From Dehalococcoidia bacterium (lineage in GTDB: Bacteria > Chloroflexota > Dehalococcoidia > UBA2979), in NCBI GenBank assembly GCA_965262725.1, contig OZ253555.1, forward strand, positions 1,408,001-1,472,000: DNA of 64,000 nt, written 5' to 3'. Made by a program: the position numbers and the translations under genes. Positions 19,125-28,679 of this stretch are shown here, piece by piece (within the stretch, counting starts at the first letter, position 1; every line of letters starts with the position of its first letter). The notes under the pieces are model-generated. The model had not been told where the DNA came from, searched no databases, and worked only from the letters and a program-made list of their open reading frames with translations.

Positions 19125-19898
19125 TCAATCACCTCCCGTCTGCGCCTCGAGCAGGGCGCGGTGCGGCGAGAGCCGCTGGCGGTAGCTATCGCCCTCGATC
19201 ACGATCTGGTAGCTGGCGTTGGCGAGGCGGTCGAGGGCGCTGTTGCCGAGGATCGGGTCGTCGAAGAGACCCAGCCATTCCTCCACGGCGCGGTTCGAGG
19301 TGATGACGAAGCTGGAGCTGCGGTGGCGCCCGATGACCAGCTCGTAGAGGTCGATGGACTGCTGCGCGCTGAGGCGATGGAGCCCGAGGTCGTCGAGGAT
19401 GAGCAGGTCGGGGGCGAGGAAGCTTCGGAAGACCTTCTCGGCCGAGTGGTCGACGCGGGCCTGCGCCATCTCGCGGAAGTAGTGGTCGGCCGGGGCGAAG
19501 CGGACGCTGCGTCCGGAGCGGACGGCTGAGTAGCCGAGCGCCTGGGCTAAGAAGCTCTTGCCGACGCCGACGGGGCCGACGAGCAGGACGTGCTCGCGGC
19601 GGTCGAGGAAGTGCAGCGAGAAGGCGGCGTCGAGCAGGCGGCGGTCGAGCCGGATGGCGGCCGCCCAGTCGAAGTCCTCGAGGCGGCAGAGCTGCTCGAA
19701 GCCGGCCTGGCGCAGGCGCAGCTCCAACCGCCCGTGGTCGCGGCGGCTCACCTCGTCGACGAGCAGGATCTGCAGGAAGTCCGCGTAGTCGAGGTGGTCG
19801 CGCCGCGCGAGGGCGATGCGCTCGGGCAGGGTGTCGAGCATACGGCCGAGCTTGAGGCGCTTGAGCAGCGGGCGGAGGTCTGAGGTGGTGGCGGTCAT
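19125..19898 (-). CDS. istB: IS21 helper ATPase IstB
   Basis: LEDFDW, Walker A GPVGVGKS, LLILDDLG, ITSN, LDRL; ATGA overlap with istA. Confidence 0.93.
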   Translation of the reverse strand: MTATTSDLRPLLKRLKLGRMLDTLPERIALARRDHLDYADFLQILLVDEVSRRDHGRLELRLRQAGFEQLCRLEDFDWAAAIRLDRRLLDAAFSLHFLDRREHVLLVGPVGVGKSFLAQALGYSAVRSGRSVRFAPADHYFREMAQARVDHSAEKVFRSFLAPDLLILDDLGLHRLSAQQSIDLYELVIGRHRSSSFVITSNRAVEEWLGLFDDPILGNSALDRLANASYQIVIEGDSYRQRLSPHRALLEAQTGGD

Positions 19899-21475
19899 CG
19901 TGGTGCTCCTGTCGGGGTCTGCGTGCGGGACTGGGCGAAGACGGAGCCCGAGCGGGCGAAGCGCCCCGGAGGCGGCGGCAGCTCGGGCTGGTCTGGGGTG
20001 CTCTCCTGGTCGAGGGCGCGGACGAGGATGCGCTCGAGGCGGCGCACGTCGATGAGGTCGACCTCGAGCGCGCGGCGGCAGGCGGCGTCGAGGCGGTCCG
20101 GGGAGTAGCGCTCGGCGAGGCGCAGCAGCTTGTGGCCCTGCCGCAGCTTCGCCCAGGGCAGGGAGCCCTCGAAGAGACGCTCGGCGTAGGCGCCCACGGC
20201 CTCCCCCAGCTCGGCGGCGCGGCGCTGTATCCAGTCGGGCGCCCGCCTGGTGTAGGGGGTGAGCTCGGCCGGGTAGTCGTTCGGGTCGGTGGCGCGGCCG
20301 CCCCGGCGCTGGCGCGGGTGGACCTTGATGAGCTGACCGCGGTGGTAGATGCGCACCAGCTTCGAGCCGAGCTGCACCTCGACCTTCTGGCGGGGCGGGC
20401 AGGCCATGGACGGCACCGAGTACAGAGCGTACTGGCAGGCGATGTGGTGGTCCGGGTGGACCGTGGCCGTCCGCCAGTCGGGGACCTCGTAGGGCTCGCC
20501 GTCCCAGGGAGCGAGCAGAGGGAGCTCCTCCTTCAGGAAGACCTCGAGCGGGCGCCGGCGTGTCGTGCCGTGGATGCGCTGCCCCGCCACCTCGAGGCAC
20601 CAGCTGCGGGCGGCGGAGCGCAGGTCGACGACGTCCCGGAAGTCGCCGCCCTTGAAGAGGCGCTCGCGCACGTAGGGGATGCTGCGTTCGACGCGCGGCT
20701 TGTCGCGGGGATGACGCACGCGCGCGGGGTCGGTGATGAAGCCTCTGTGGCGGGCGTACTCGAGGAAGCCCCGCGTGAAGCGCGGGTGCAGCGCGTCGGC
20801 CCCGGCGACGGCGGCCGGGAAGTTATCGATGACGAGGTAGCGCGGCACGCCCCCGAAGAAGGCCCAGGCCTCCTCCAGGCCCTCGATCACGGCGTCCAGC
20901 TTCTGGCTGGTGGTGGGCCACACAAAGCAGTGGCGGGAGTAGCGCCAGACGACGACCAGCGCCCACACCGCGCGCCGGCGGCCGCTCTCGGGGTCCCGGA
21001 TGAAGCCGAGGCGGCCGAAGTCCATCTCCGCCACCTCGCCCGGCGGCCCGTCGTCCATGCGCACGGTCGACGGCAGCCGGTGGCGCCAGCCGCGGCGCCG
21101 GATGAAACGCCGCAGCGTGGTGTAGGAGACCTCGCAGCCTCGTCCGGCGAGGAGCTCCTGGATGCGCGTCAGTTGCAGGCGGTCGGTCTCAAGCCAGCGC
21201 TCGATCTGCTCCGCCCAGGGCGAGAGCAGCTCCTCGCTCGGCGCCTCGACCTGCCGCGGGCCGGAGAGGCTCAGCGTCGCCAGCGCGGCGAGCTGCTCCT
21301 CACTCGGCTCGGGACCGCCCGGCGTGAGGCCGGCCGCCTCGGCCGCCTCGACGTAGCGGCGCACCGTCACGCGCGATAGCCCCGTGCCGCTGGCGATGCG
21401 GCGCTGGCTGAGCCCCGCCTGCCAGCGTCGAATGATCTCCTGGATCTCCACCCCGTGTACCTCCCGGTAGGCCAT
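19895..21475 (-). CDS. istA: IS21 transposase IstA
   Basis: N-terminal HTH, PGEVAEMDFG, YLVIDN, PRDKPRVER; start MAYREV with GGAGGGAG RBS. Confidence 0.93.
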   Translation of the reverse strand: MAYREVHGVEIQEIIRRWQAGLSQRRIASGTGLSRVTVRRYVEAAEAAGLTPGGPEPSEEQLAALATLSLSGPRQVEAPSEELLSPWAEQIERWLETDRLQLTRIQELLAGRGCEVSYTTLRRFIRRRGWRHRLPSTVRMDDGPPGEVAEMDFGRLGFIRDPESGRRRAVWALVVVWRYSRHCFVWPTTSQKLDAVIEGLEEAWAFFGGVPRYLVIDNFPAAVAGADALHPRFTRGFLEYARHRGFITDPARVRHPRDKPRVERSIPYVRERLFKGGDFRDVVDLRSAARSWCLEVAGQRIHGTTRRRPLEVFLKEELPLLAPWDGEPYEVPDWRTATVHPDHHIACQYALYSVPSMACPPRQKVEVQLGSKLVRIYHRGQLIKVHPRQRRGGRATDPNDYPAELTPYTRRAPDWIQRRAAELGEAVGAYAERLFEGSLPWAKLRQGHKLLRLAERYSPDRLDAACRRALEVDLIDVRRLERILVRALDQESTPDQPELPPPPGRFARSGSVFAQSRTQTPTGAPR

Positions 21476-21633
21476 CGCTGCTCCCTCCGCTGGGGATGCA
21501 GGCGATGGTGGCCGTACCGGCGACCCGGGCGGGCAGGAGTCCCTGACGGGGTGGATCAATGACCCTGGCGAAGTGGATCAATGACCCTGGCGATCTGGCG
21601 ATTTCGTGGTCTATAGACCTTGGCGATTCACAC

Positions 21634-22185
21634 ATGACCGACGCCTGGGGCGCTGTGGAGGCCGTGAGCAGCAGCCCGAAGCACGCGATGGCGAAGCCAA
21701 GCCGACGCCGCATCCGCCTGCTCGCGGGACTGGGCGTTGAGGGCGATGCCCACCAGGGCACCACCGTGCAACACCGCTCGCGCGTGGCCCGCGACCCCGA
21801 ACAGCCCAACCTCAGGCAGGTCCACCTGATCCACGCCGAACTGTTCGCCGAACTGCGGGCGGCGGGCTTCTCGATCACCGCCGGCCAGATGGGGGAGAAC
21901 ATCACGACCCGTGGTATCGACCTCCTGGGCATGCCGCGCGGCGCCAGACTCAGGCTCGGCGATGCCGCTGTCGTCGAGATCGCCGGCCTGCGCAATCCCT
22001 GTAGTCAACTGGACGATCTACAGTCGGGACTCATGGCGGCTGTCCTCGAGCGGGACCGGGACGGCGATCTGGTCCGAAAGGCCGGCGTCATGTCGATTGT
22101 GCTGGCCGGGGGCGACGTCCAGCCTGGTGACCCCATCTCTGTCGAGTGGCCGCCCGGACCTCACCACCGTCTTGGGGTCGTCTAG
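21634..22185 (+). CDS. MOSC domain protein
   Basis: GLGVEGDAH, LRQVHLI, GENITT, RNPCSQL. ATG is part of the IS21 target duplication. Confidence 0.9.
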   Translation: MTDAWGAVEAVSSSPKHAMAKPSRRRIRLLAGLGVEGDAHQGTTVQHRSRVARDPEQPNLRQVHLIHAELFAELRAAGFSITAGQMGENITTRGIDLLGMPRGARLRLGDAAVVEIAGLRNPCSQLDDLQSGLMAAVLERDRDGDLVRKAGVMSIVLAGGDVQPGDPISVEWPPGPHHRLGVV

Positions 22186-22282
22186 CAAGTCTCAGCGGCG
22201 AGCGTCCGGACGGTGTCGCCCCGCCCACTGGAGACGGAACCCGCGTTCCGCGGGCGCGGACCGTGCTCCCGGCCGGATGCGG

Positions 22283-23560
22283 TCAATGGCCCGCGGCGAG
22301 CGCCTCGGTCTCCGCGTCGTAGCGCTCGCCGACGGCGTGGACAGCCCGGAGGTGCTCGATCTCCGCGCCGGAGTAGCCGAGCTCTGCGAGTACCTCGGCG
22401 TTGTGCTCGCCGACCATCGCGCTCGGGCGCTCGTAGCATGCGGTGTCGGGCTCCATCCTCCAGAGGAAGCCCGGCAACAGCCGCGTCCCCAGGTAGGGCT
22501 GCGCGACCGGGTGGAACCAGCCACGCGCCTGCAGCTGGGGCGACGGGAGCATCGCCGAGGGTTCGACCACCGGGGCGGCGATCACACCGGCCGCCTGCAG
22601 CTCGTCCGCTGCCTCCAGGCGGCTGCGTGACGAACTCCACGCCGCGACCTCCGCGTTGATCTCCGCGCGGGCGCGGAGTCGCCCCGTGACGCTCGCCCAT
22701 GGATGGCCGTCGTCCGCCCACTCGGGATGGCCGAGCACGCGGGCGAGCCCCGCCCACTGCCGATCGGTCTCGGCGGCGACCGCGACCCAGCGCACGGCGC
22801 CCCTCTCGCTCTTCGTCGGGTAGCAGCCGTGTGGCACCGCGTAGGGCGAGGCGTTGCCGGTCGAAGGGGCTACCCTTCCGGTCAGTATCCAGCTGCCCAG
22901 CTGTCCCGCGAGGTACCAGGCGAAGGCCTCGGAGTGCGAGAGATCGATGAACGACCCCTGCCCCGTTAGCTCGCGCCGGCGCAGCGCGAGCAGGGAGGCG
23001 AAGGCAACCGCGACCGGGGCGCTCGCGTCGGTCGCGACCGTCCCCGGGATCTCCTCGATCGGACGGCCGCCTCCGCGTGCGAGCGTGTGCCCCATCGTGG
23101 CCTCGACCTGCGATCCGAGCGCGACGTAGCCGTGGTAGGGGCCGCGCACGCCCCAGGCTGGCATCGAGATCATCGAGATCCGCGGGTTGGCGGCTCTGAC
23201 CTCCTCCCAGCCGAAGCCGGCGCGCTGAATCGCCCCCGCCGCGAAGCCCTCCACCAGGACGTCGGCGCTCCGGAGGAGCCGCCGGAAGACCTCCGCCCCC
23301 TCTGGCGAACGAATGTCGACGGCGACGTTGCGCTTGTTGCGGTTACCTTGGATCTGCGCGGTCACGCGCTCGTAGACCGGTCCCGGGCCGTCGGCGACGC
23401 GGGCATCGGGGACGAGCGGGCGCGTCAGCGACCGGCGCGGGAACGACTCGACCTTGACGACGTCGGCGCCCATGTCCCCGAGCAGCGAGGCGCCGAAGGG
23501 CCCCGCCCACACCTCGGCAAGGTCTATGACCCGCACCCCCGCGAGCGCGCGGCCGGCCAC
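22283..23560 (-). CDS. CaiB/BaiF family III CoA transferase
   Basis: LAGVRVIDL...AGP...LGDMGADVVKVE, NRNKR, ADVLVE. Confidence 0.92.
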   Translation of the reverse strand: MAGRALAGVRVIDLAEVWAGPFGASLLGDMGADVVKVESFPRRSLTRPLVPDARVADGPGPVYERVTAQIQGNRNKRNVAVDIRSPEGAEVFRRLLRSADVLVEGFAAGAIQRAGFGWEEVRAANPRISMISMPAWGVRGPYHGYVALGSQVEATMGHTLARGGGRPIEEIPGTVATDASAPVAVAFASLLALRRRELTGQGSFIDLSHSEAFAWYLAGQLGSWILTGRVAPSTGNASPYAVPHGCYPTKSERGAVRWVAVAAETDRQWAGLARVLGHPEWADDGHPWASVTGRLRARAEINAEVAAWSSSRSRLEAADELQAAGVIAAPVVEPSAMLPSPQLQARGWFHPVAQPYLGTRLLPGFLWRMEPDTACYERPSAMVGEHNAEVLAELGYSGAEIEHLRAVHAVGERYDAETEALAAGH

Positions 23561-23569
23561 GCGGGCGGC

Positions 23570-24424
23570 CTAGATCCCGGGGTCGTCTAGGAAGGCTAGG
23601 ATCTCGCGCGACCAGAGTTCGGGATCGACCCGCCAGTCGTACTGGTTCCGGGCCGGTGGGCGGATCCCCCGCGCTCGTGGGATGTCGGCCACCATTCGGT
23701 CGTGCGCGCGGCCGAGCTCGCTGCTCGTGCCGTGGATCACGAGCGTCGGCGCCTGGATCGATGGGAGCGCCTCCCAGGTGTTGTAGTGACACATCGACCA
23801 CGGCGCGGCGCCACCCCAGGTCATCCCGTCGTAGACGGCAGTCGGATCCCCGGAATGCGCCTTCATCGAGTCCATGAAGGCCTGTCGTATGTCGTCCTCG
23901 GTGCGCGGCATCCCCTCGCCGCCCGCCCAGGAGTGCGCTTGCTGCCAGCTCTCGGCGAGGTGGCTGCCGTCCTCCCGCTCGGGGTGCTGGTGCAGCCGCT
24001 GGTGGACTGCGAAGCGCGACGGCGTACCCCAGTTGAAGAGCTCCTCGACGATCAGCTTGTCGACCCGCTCCGGCCACGCCGCGGCGACCCCGGTCGCGAC
24101 CACGGCCCCCGTGTGCGAGCCGAAGACGCTGGCCCGATCCAGGCCGAGGCCGTCCATCAGCCAGACCACGGCTTGGGCGAACTCATCGATGCTCTTGTAG
24201 GGACGGGGTGGTCGATCCGACTCCCCGTAGCCCATCGTCGACATCGCGATCGCGCGCACGCGGTCCTGCAGGTAGGGGAACGCCCCCTGGTACTGTGCCG
24301 AGGAGCTCGGCGTGCTGTGGAGCAGGATCAGGGGAGGCCCCGCCCCCGACTCCCGGTACTCGATGTTGCCGTGCGGGCTGTGGACGAAGCCGCGCTTCAC
24401 GTAGCCGTAGGTCTGTGTGCTCAC
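23570..24424 (-). CDS. Alpha/beta hydrolase fold protein (paralogue of 12105-12956)
   Basis: GPPLILLH, GYGESDRP, GSHTG elbow, PERVDKLI. Confidence 0.87.
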   Translation of the reverse strand: MSTQTYGYVKRGFVHSPHGNIEYRESGAGPPLILLHSTPSSSAQYQGAFPYLQDRVRAIAMSTMGYGESDRPPRPYKSIDEFAQAVVWLMDGLGLDRASVFGSHTGAVVATGVAAAWPERVDKLIVEELFNWGTPSRFAVHQRLHQHPEREDGSHLAESWQQAHSWAGGEGMPRTEDDIRQAFMDSMKAHSGDPTAVYDGMTWGGAAPWSMCHYNTWEALPSIQAPTLVIHGTSSELGRAHDRMVADIPRARGIRPPARNQYDWRVDPELWSREILAFLDDPGI

Positions 24425-24708
24425 CCGGATGTCCCCCGCTGCGCCAGGATCCGGATCCCGCGACGGGGTGCCCCGGCCCGCCCCGCCGGTCCCGGGAGGT
24501 GTCCGCCGCAGGCGGGTCAGCCCCGGGACATGAGCCTAGCGCTCCGGCCCCCGGCCGTACAACACGAGCCCCGGGCGTACGCCTGCCGGCACACCCTGGC
24601 GTTCCTGTTCCTGAGCTGGAGCCGCTTCGAGTCGATTCCGCGATCCGACCGCAAGCCTGCGCCGCACACACCTGGTGACTCCGAGGCCGGGATGCGCCCT
24701 GGCCTCGT

Positions 24709-25203
24709 CTACTCCTCCGTCCACGGCGCGCTCGTCGGTTTGGTCAACCGCTGGAGGATCTCCGCCCCCGACGCGTCAAGCTCCGCCTCACTGAGTACCT
24801 CCTGAAGCGACTCGAACAGCACGCGCTCCTCCCACCGGATGTGCGTGCGGAGCAACTCCCCGAACGTCGCGAGGGCCTCGCGGCGCTCCTCGTCGCCCGC
24901 AGCGTCGCGCATGCGTGCCACGAGGGCCTCCATCCCGAGGTGGTCGCGCTGCAGTCGCCGCACGCGCTCGTCGTCGTCCGGCACGTGGCGAACGAGGCGT
25001 GCGATGAGGCACTCGGTCTCCGTGTGGAAGTGCGGCAGCAGCCCGCGTGCCCAGAAGCGCAGCAGGTCGCCATAGAGGGTCGCGAGCTTGGTGTCGCCGG
25101 TCTCGGCGTCGGTTTCGGGCAACTCGCGCTCGAGACGCAGCGCAAAGGCGAGCCCGTGGTGGTGCTCTTCGGAGAGGCGGATGAGTCTCGGATCGCGTTT
25201 CAT
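24709..25203 (-). CDS. Hemerythrin-like domain protein
   Basis: MKRDPRLIRLSEEHHHGL, HFHTETE, HIRWEERVLF. Confidence 0.8.
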   Translation of the reverse strand: MKRDPRLIRLSEEHHHGLAFALRLERELPETDAETGDTKLATLYGDLLRFWARGLLPHFHTETECLIARLVRHVPDDDERVRRLQRDHLGMEALVARMRDAAGDEERREALATFGELLRTHIRWEERVLFESLQEVLSEAELDASGAEILQRLTKPTSAPWTEE

Positions 25204-25254
25204 CGGTCCGGTGGCGCCAAGTTACATAACGTCACGATTCTCTCTTGGGAGAAT

Positions 25255-25304
25255 TGGTAACAGGGGAAGGACGCGAACCTACGACCAGGGGCCTATGAGA
25301 CCCC
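25255..25304 (-). pseudogene. Degenerate 3' half of tRNA-Met(CAT); probable old att site
   Basis: Minus strand GGGGT-CTCATAG-GCCCC-TGGTC-GTAGG-TTCGCGT-CCTTC-CCCTGTT-ACCA gives anticodon arm, variable loop, T arm and acceptor strand with CCA. No 5' half seen. Confidence 0.7.
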
Positions 25305-25570
25305 AAGGATCCGTCCCCGTTGCTCCCCAGGAATGCCATTCTGTCCCGCTCCAATCGGGGATCTGGTTATCTCTGTCACGCCGCGTCCCTAACGGTACCG
25401 TCCCGTGGTCTCCTGTTAATCCCCACGAGACCCCCAAACCGATCCCCGAGTGCTGCCTACCTGGGCAATCCGATCGTAGCGTCCGCTACCGCGGTCAAGG
25501 TGAGGCCCTGGAAGCGTGCGAGCGCGCGTTCCCCTCGGCGACTCTAGGGTGGGGACGCGACGGGGGATAG

Positions 25571-27331
25571 GTGATGGCCACGGCGGTCGATAACGAGCAC
25601 GTCCGCTACGAACCGGAAGAGAGCCCGCCGCGGCTGATCGCACTCGGGGCAGGCGCCCAGGCGGCGATGCTCATCGTCGCTCCGGTGGTGCTGACCGTGG
25701 TCGTGGTCGTTCGCATCGCGGAGGCGTCCGAGAGCTACCTGACGTGGGCCGTATTCGCCGCGATGGTCGTCTGTGGCCTGACCACCGTCCTCCAGGCCGC
25801 GCGATGGGGCCGCTTCGGCTCGGGGCATGTGCTGATCATGGGCACGTCCGGGGCCTTCATCGCAGTCTGTGTGGCGGCGTTGGAACTGGCCGGCCCATCG
25901 ACGTTGGCCAGCCTTGTGCTCATCTCGTCCCTATTCCAGTTCATGCTGGCGGCCCGGCTCTCGCTGCTCCGGCGCATCTTCACGCCGGTTGTGACGGGCA
26001 CGGTGATCATGCTCATTGCCGCCACTGTGGCGCCGGTGATCTACGACTCTCTGGACGACGTGCCAGAGGGCACAGACGCCGCCGCCGCGCCGTGGGTCGC
26101 CGGGGTGACCCTGGCCGTCATGGTGGCCATGGTGCTCCGAGCACCGCCCCCGCTGCGGCTGTGGTCTCCGGTGGCCGGCATCGCGGCCGGGTGCGCGGTG
26201 GGCGCTCCGTTCGGCCTGTACGACCTCGGGACCGTCGGTGACGCCGCCTGGTTCGGCGTGCCGTTCCACGACTGGCCCGGCTTGGACCTCACGCCCGGTG
26301 CCGACTTCTGGGCGCTGCTCCCTGCCTTCGTCGTGGTGACGCTGGTGGGCGCCATCGAGACCATCGGCGACGGCGTGGCCATCCAGCGCATCTCACGCCG
26401 CCGGCCGCGTGCGACCGATTTCCGGGTGGTGCAGGGTGCTCTCAACGCCGATGGCCTGGGCAATCTGCTCTCCGGGGTGGGCGGTACTCTGCCGAACACC
26501 ACGTACTCCACCAGCATCTCGCTTGCCGAAGTCACGGGCATCGGCGCGCGGCGGGTGGGCGTGATCATCGGCCTCATCATCTTCGCCCTCGCATTCCTTC
26601 CCAAGTTCGCGGCGTTGCTCATCGCCATCCCGGGGCCGGTCGCCGCTGCCTACCTTCTCGTCCTCATCGCGCTGCTCTTCGTGCAGGGCATGAAGATCGT
26701 CATCCAGGATGGCGTTGATCATCGCAAGGCGGCGGTGGTCGGGCTGGCCTTCTGGATTGGCGTGGGCTTCCAGAACGGGTGGGTGTTTTCGGACCAGCTG
26801 GGCAGTGGATTCCTCGGCATTCTGCTGGGCAATGGCATGACGTCCGGAGCGATGGTCGCCGTCATCATGGTCGCGTTCCTGGAGCTGACCGGCCCCCGGC
26901 GCAGGCAACTGCGCATCGAGATGGATGAAGAGACTCTCCCCATGCTCGGCGATTTTCTCCGGGGATTCGCGACGAATGCCGGGTGGACCGACGCGTCGGC
27001 CGAGCGGCTGGTGCTGGTGGGAGAGGAGACGCTGCACAGCATGGCGGCCGACGATGACGACCCGGACCTGGCGAGCGGACGACGCCTGGCGGTCACCGCC
27101 CGCTCCGTGGGCGGCGCCGCCGAGCTGGAATTCATCTCCGCAACAGAGGAAGAGAATCTCGAGGACAGGCTTGCCTACATGGGCGAGAACCCGGACATCT
27201 CAGACGGTCGCGACCTCTCCTTCCACCTGCTGCGCCACCTCTCCTCATCCGTCTCCCATCAGAAATACCACGGCGTAGACATCGTCTCCGTCAGCGTCAC
27301 CAACCTGAAGACCCGAGAGGAGGGGACGTAG
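25571..27331 (+). CDS. NCS2 xanthine/uracil permease with C-terminal degenerate HATPase_c (RsbW-like) domain
   Basis: TPVVTG, ETIGD, DGLGNLLSG, TTYSTS NCS2 motifs; soluble ~140-aa tail LVLVGEETLHS...GRDLSFHLLRHL. Confidence 0.8.
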   Translation: MMATAVDNEHVRYEPEESPPRLIALGAGAQAAMLIVAPVVLTVVVVVRIAEASESYLTWAVFAAMVVCGLTTVLQAARWGRFGSGHVLIMGTSGAFIAVCVAALELAGPSTLASLVLISSLFQFMLAARLSLLRRIFTPVVTGTVIMLIAATVAPVIYDSLDDVPEGTDAAAAPWVAGVTLAVMVAMVLRAPPPLRLWSPVAGIAAGCAVGAPFGLYDLGTVGDAAWFGVPFHDWPGLDLTPGADFWALLPAFVVVTLVGAIETIGDGVAIQRISRRRPRATDFRVVQGALNADGLGNLLSGVGGTLPNTTYSTSISLAEVTGIGARRVGVIIGLIIFALAFLPKFAALLIAIPGPVAAAYLLVLIALLFVQGMKIVIQDGVDHRKAAVVGLAFWIGVGFQNGWVFSDQLGSGFLGILLGNGMTSGAMVAVIMVAFLELTGPRRRQLRIEMDEETLPMLGDFLRGFATNAGWTDASAERLVLVGEETLHSMAADDDDPDLASGRRLAVTARSVGGAAELEFISATEEENLEDRLAYMGENPDISDGRDLSFHLLRHLSSSVSHQKYHGVDIVSVSVTNLKTREEGT

Positions 27332-27530
27332 GGGGTGGGGCGAGGACCAATCAACTCTCCGTGCCAGGCACGCGGATAGCATCGGATCCACACGGTGCGG
27401 GTGCGGTACACGCTCAATACCGCGTGCTGGCTGGTCGTGACGACCAGGACCGGCGAATTCGATCTGGCGGGCACTACCATGACCAGCCAGTGCTCGCTCA
27501 AGGGACACCTGTGACGAATGGGGTGGTGCG

Positions 27531-27920
27531 ATGCTGACAGTCCAACGCATCTATCTGGGCCTGATGGGAACGCTGTTTCTGGTGTCGGGGGTCTACGCGT
27601 ACATCGACCCCGCGGGGATGGGGGAGGCGCTCGGAATCGGCATCGTCGATCCATCCGGGACAACGGAGATCAGGGCGACCTATGGCGGGCTCGTCGTTGG
27701 ATCCGGCCTCCTGCTTCTGTCGGGCCTCTTCTCCCGAGTTCTGGCGGTCGCAGCCCTTGCCGGGACAGTGTTCGGCGCCGGTGGTCTGGTGAGTACGCGG
27801 ATCGCGCTGGAGATCGTCGGCGGAGGCTTCTCGGCCAACCAGTTGATCGTGGTCGTGTTCGAAATCGCGCTCGTCTCGCTGGCCTACGTTCTGCTGCGCC
27901 GTGCGATGAAGGATCTCTAG
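27531..27920 (+). CDS. Small 4-TM membrane protein (DUF4345-like)
   Basis: EIRATYGG motif and four hydrophobic helices. Confidence 0.7.
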   Translation: MLTVQRIYLGLMGTLFLVSGVYAYIDPAGMGEALGIGIVDPSGTTEIRATYGGLVVGSGLLLLSGLFSRVLAVAALAGTVFGAGGLVSTRIALEIVGGGFSANQLIVVVFEIALVSLAYVLLRRAMKDL

Positions 27921-28178
27921 CGCCGCCCCAGATGGAAGCGGGAACGCCAGACCCGCGCGGTCGGTCCGAGGCTCCTCGCCGTCCGGCAGCGGGGGCCCCA
28001 ACACGGGGGTGACGCTGCTACTGGCGAGCAGCGAAGCGGGCCCTGACGCCTCCGAGGCCATCGCTGATCTCGCCGGGCAGGTCATCGCGCAGAGGACCAC
28101 GAGCCTCGAGGAAGACTATCTGGCCCTCCTCTCCGCGGCGTAGGCTGGGAGGCGAGCTGAGTCGACCCGGAGGGACTC

Positions 28179-28679
28179 ATGCGCACCCGGCACGCCGCCC
28201 GAATCGTTGCGATCAGCCCCGACAATGAGGTGCTCCTGCTCCGGTACCGGCATGAGCATTCGATCGATCCCGCGAGGCCAGAACTCCTGGAGTACTGGGT
28301 GCCTCCCGGTGGTGGTCTTCGCACTGGCGAGTCCTTTGAGGACGCGGCGCTGCGAGAACTTGAAGAGGAGACGGGGATCCAGGCACCCGGCGTGTGGTCC
28401 TGGGTGTGGACGAGGAGGCTCACGCTGAGATACCAGGGTGAGGACTGGCTACAGGTCGAGCGCTACTTCGTCACGCGGGTGTCTCCGCCGGACACCCTGC
28501 GCAACTCCACCGAGGAGGAGGAGATCGCGGACATGCGGTGGTGGTCGTTGGAATCCTTGCGGGAAGCCGACGCGGTGGTCTTCCCCGAACCCTTCCCAGA
28601 ACTCGTCGAACCACTTCTCAACGGTGAGCTGCCGCCAGGACCACTGGAAATCGGGTTGGGCGCCAGCTCAGCGGGGTGA
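28179..28679 (+). CDS. NUDIX hydrolase
   Basis: PGGGLRTGESFEDAALRELEEETG Nudix box. Confidence 0.9.
   Translation: MRTRHAARIVAISPDNEVLLLRYRHEHSIDPARPELLEYWVPPGGGLRTGESFEDAALRELEEETGIQAPGVWSWVWTRRLTLRYQGEDWLQVERYFVTRVSPPDTLRNSTEEEEIADMRWWSLESLREADAVVFPEPFPELVEPLLNGELPPGPLEIGLGASSAG

Larger units (their letters stand above)
14485..21632 (-). mobile_element. IS21-family element (~2.6 kb net) interrupted by a 4.5-kb nested insertion
   Basis: TG...CA ends TGTCGATCGCCAGGGTCATTGATCCAC / GTGGTCTATAGACCTTGGCGATTCACA with repeated subterminal sites; CATG duplicated at 14481-14484 and 21633-21636. The uninterrupted end is seen in the copy at 40506. Confidence 0.92.

Noticed and set aside
19125-20600. 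491-aa ORF as an extended IstB
   Set aside because: The N-terminal half is an off-frame overlap of istA; the real start is at the ATGA overlap at 19898.
21551-21632. Short tandem direct repeats as a CRISPR array or iterons
   Set aside because: They are IS21 subterminal transposase-binding repeats. No CRISPR array or cas gene is seen in the window.
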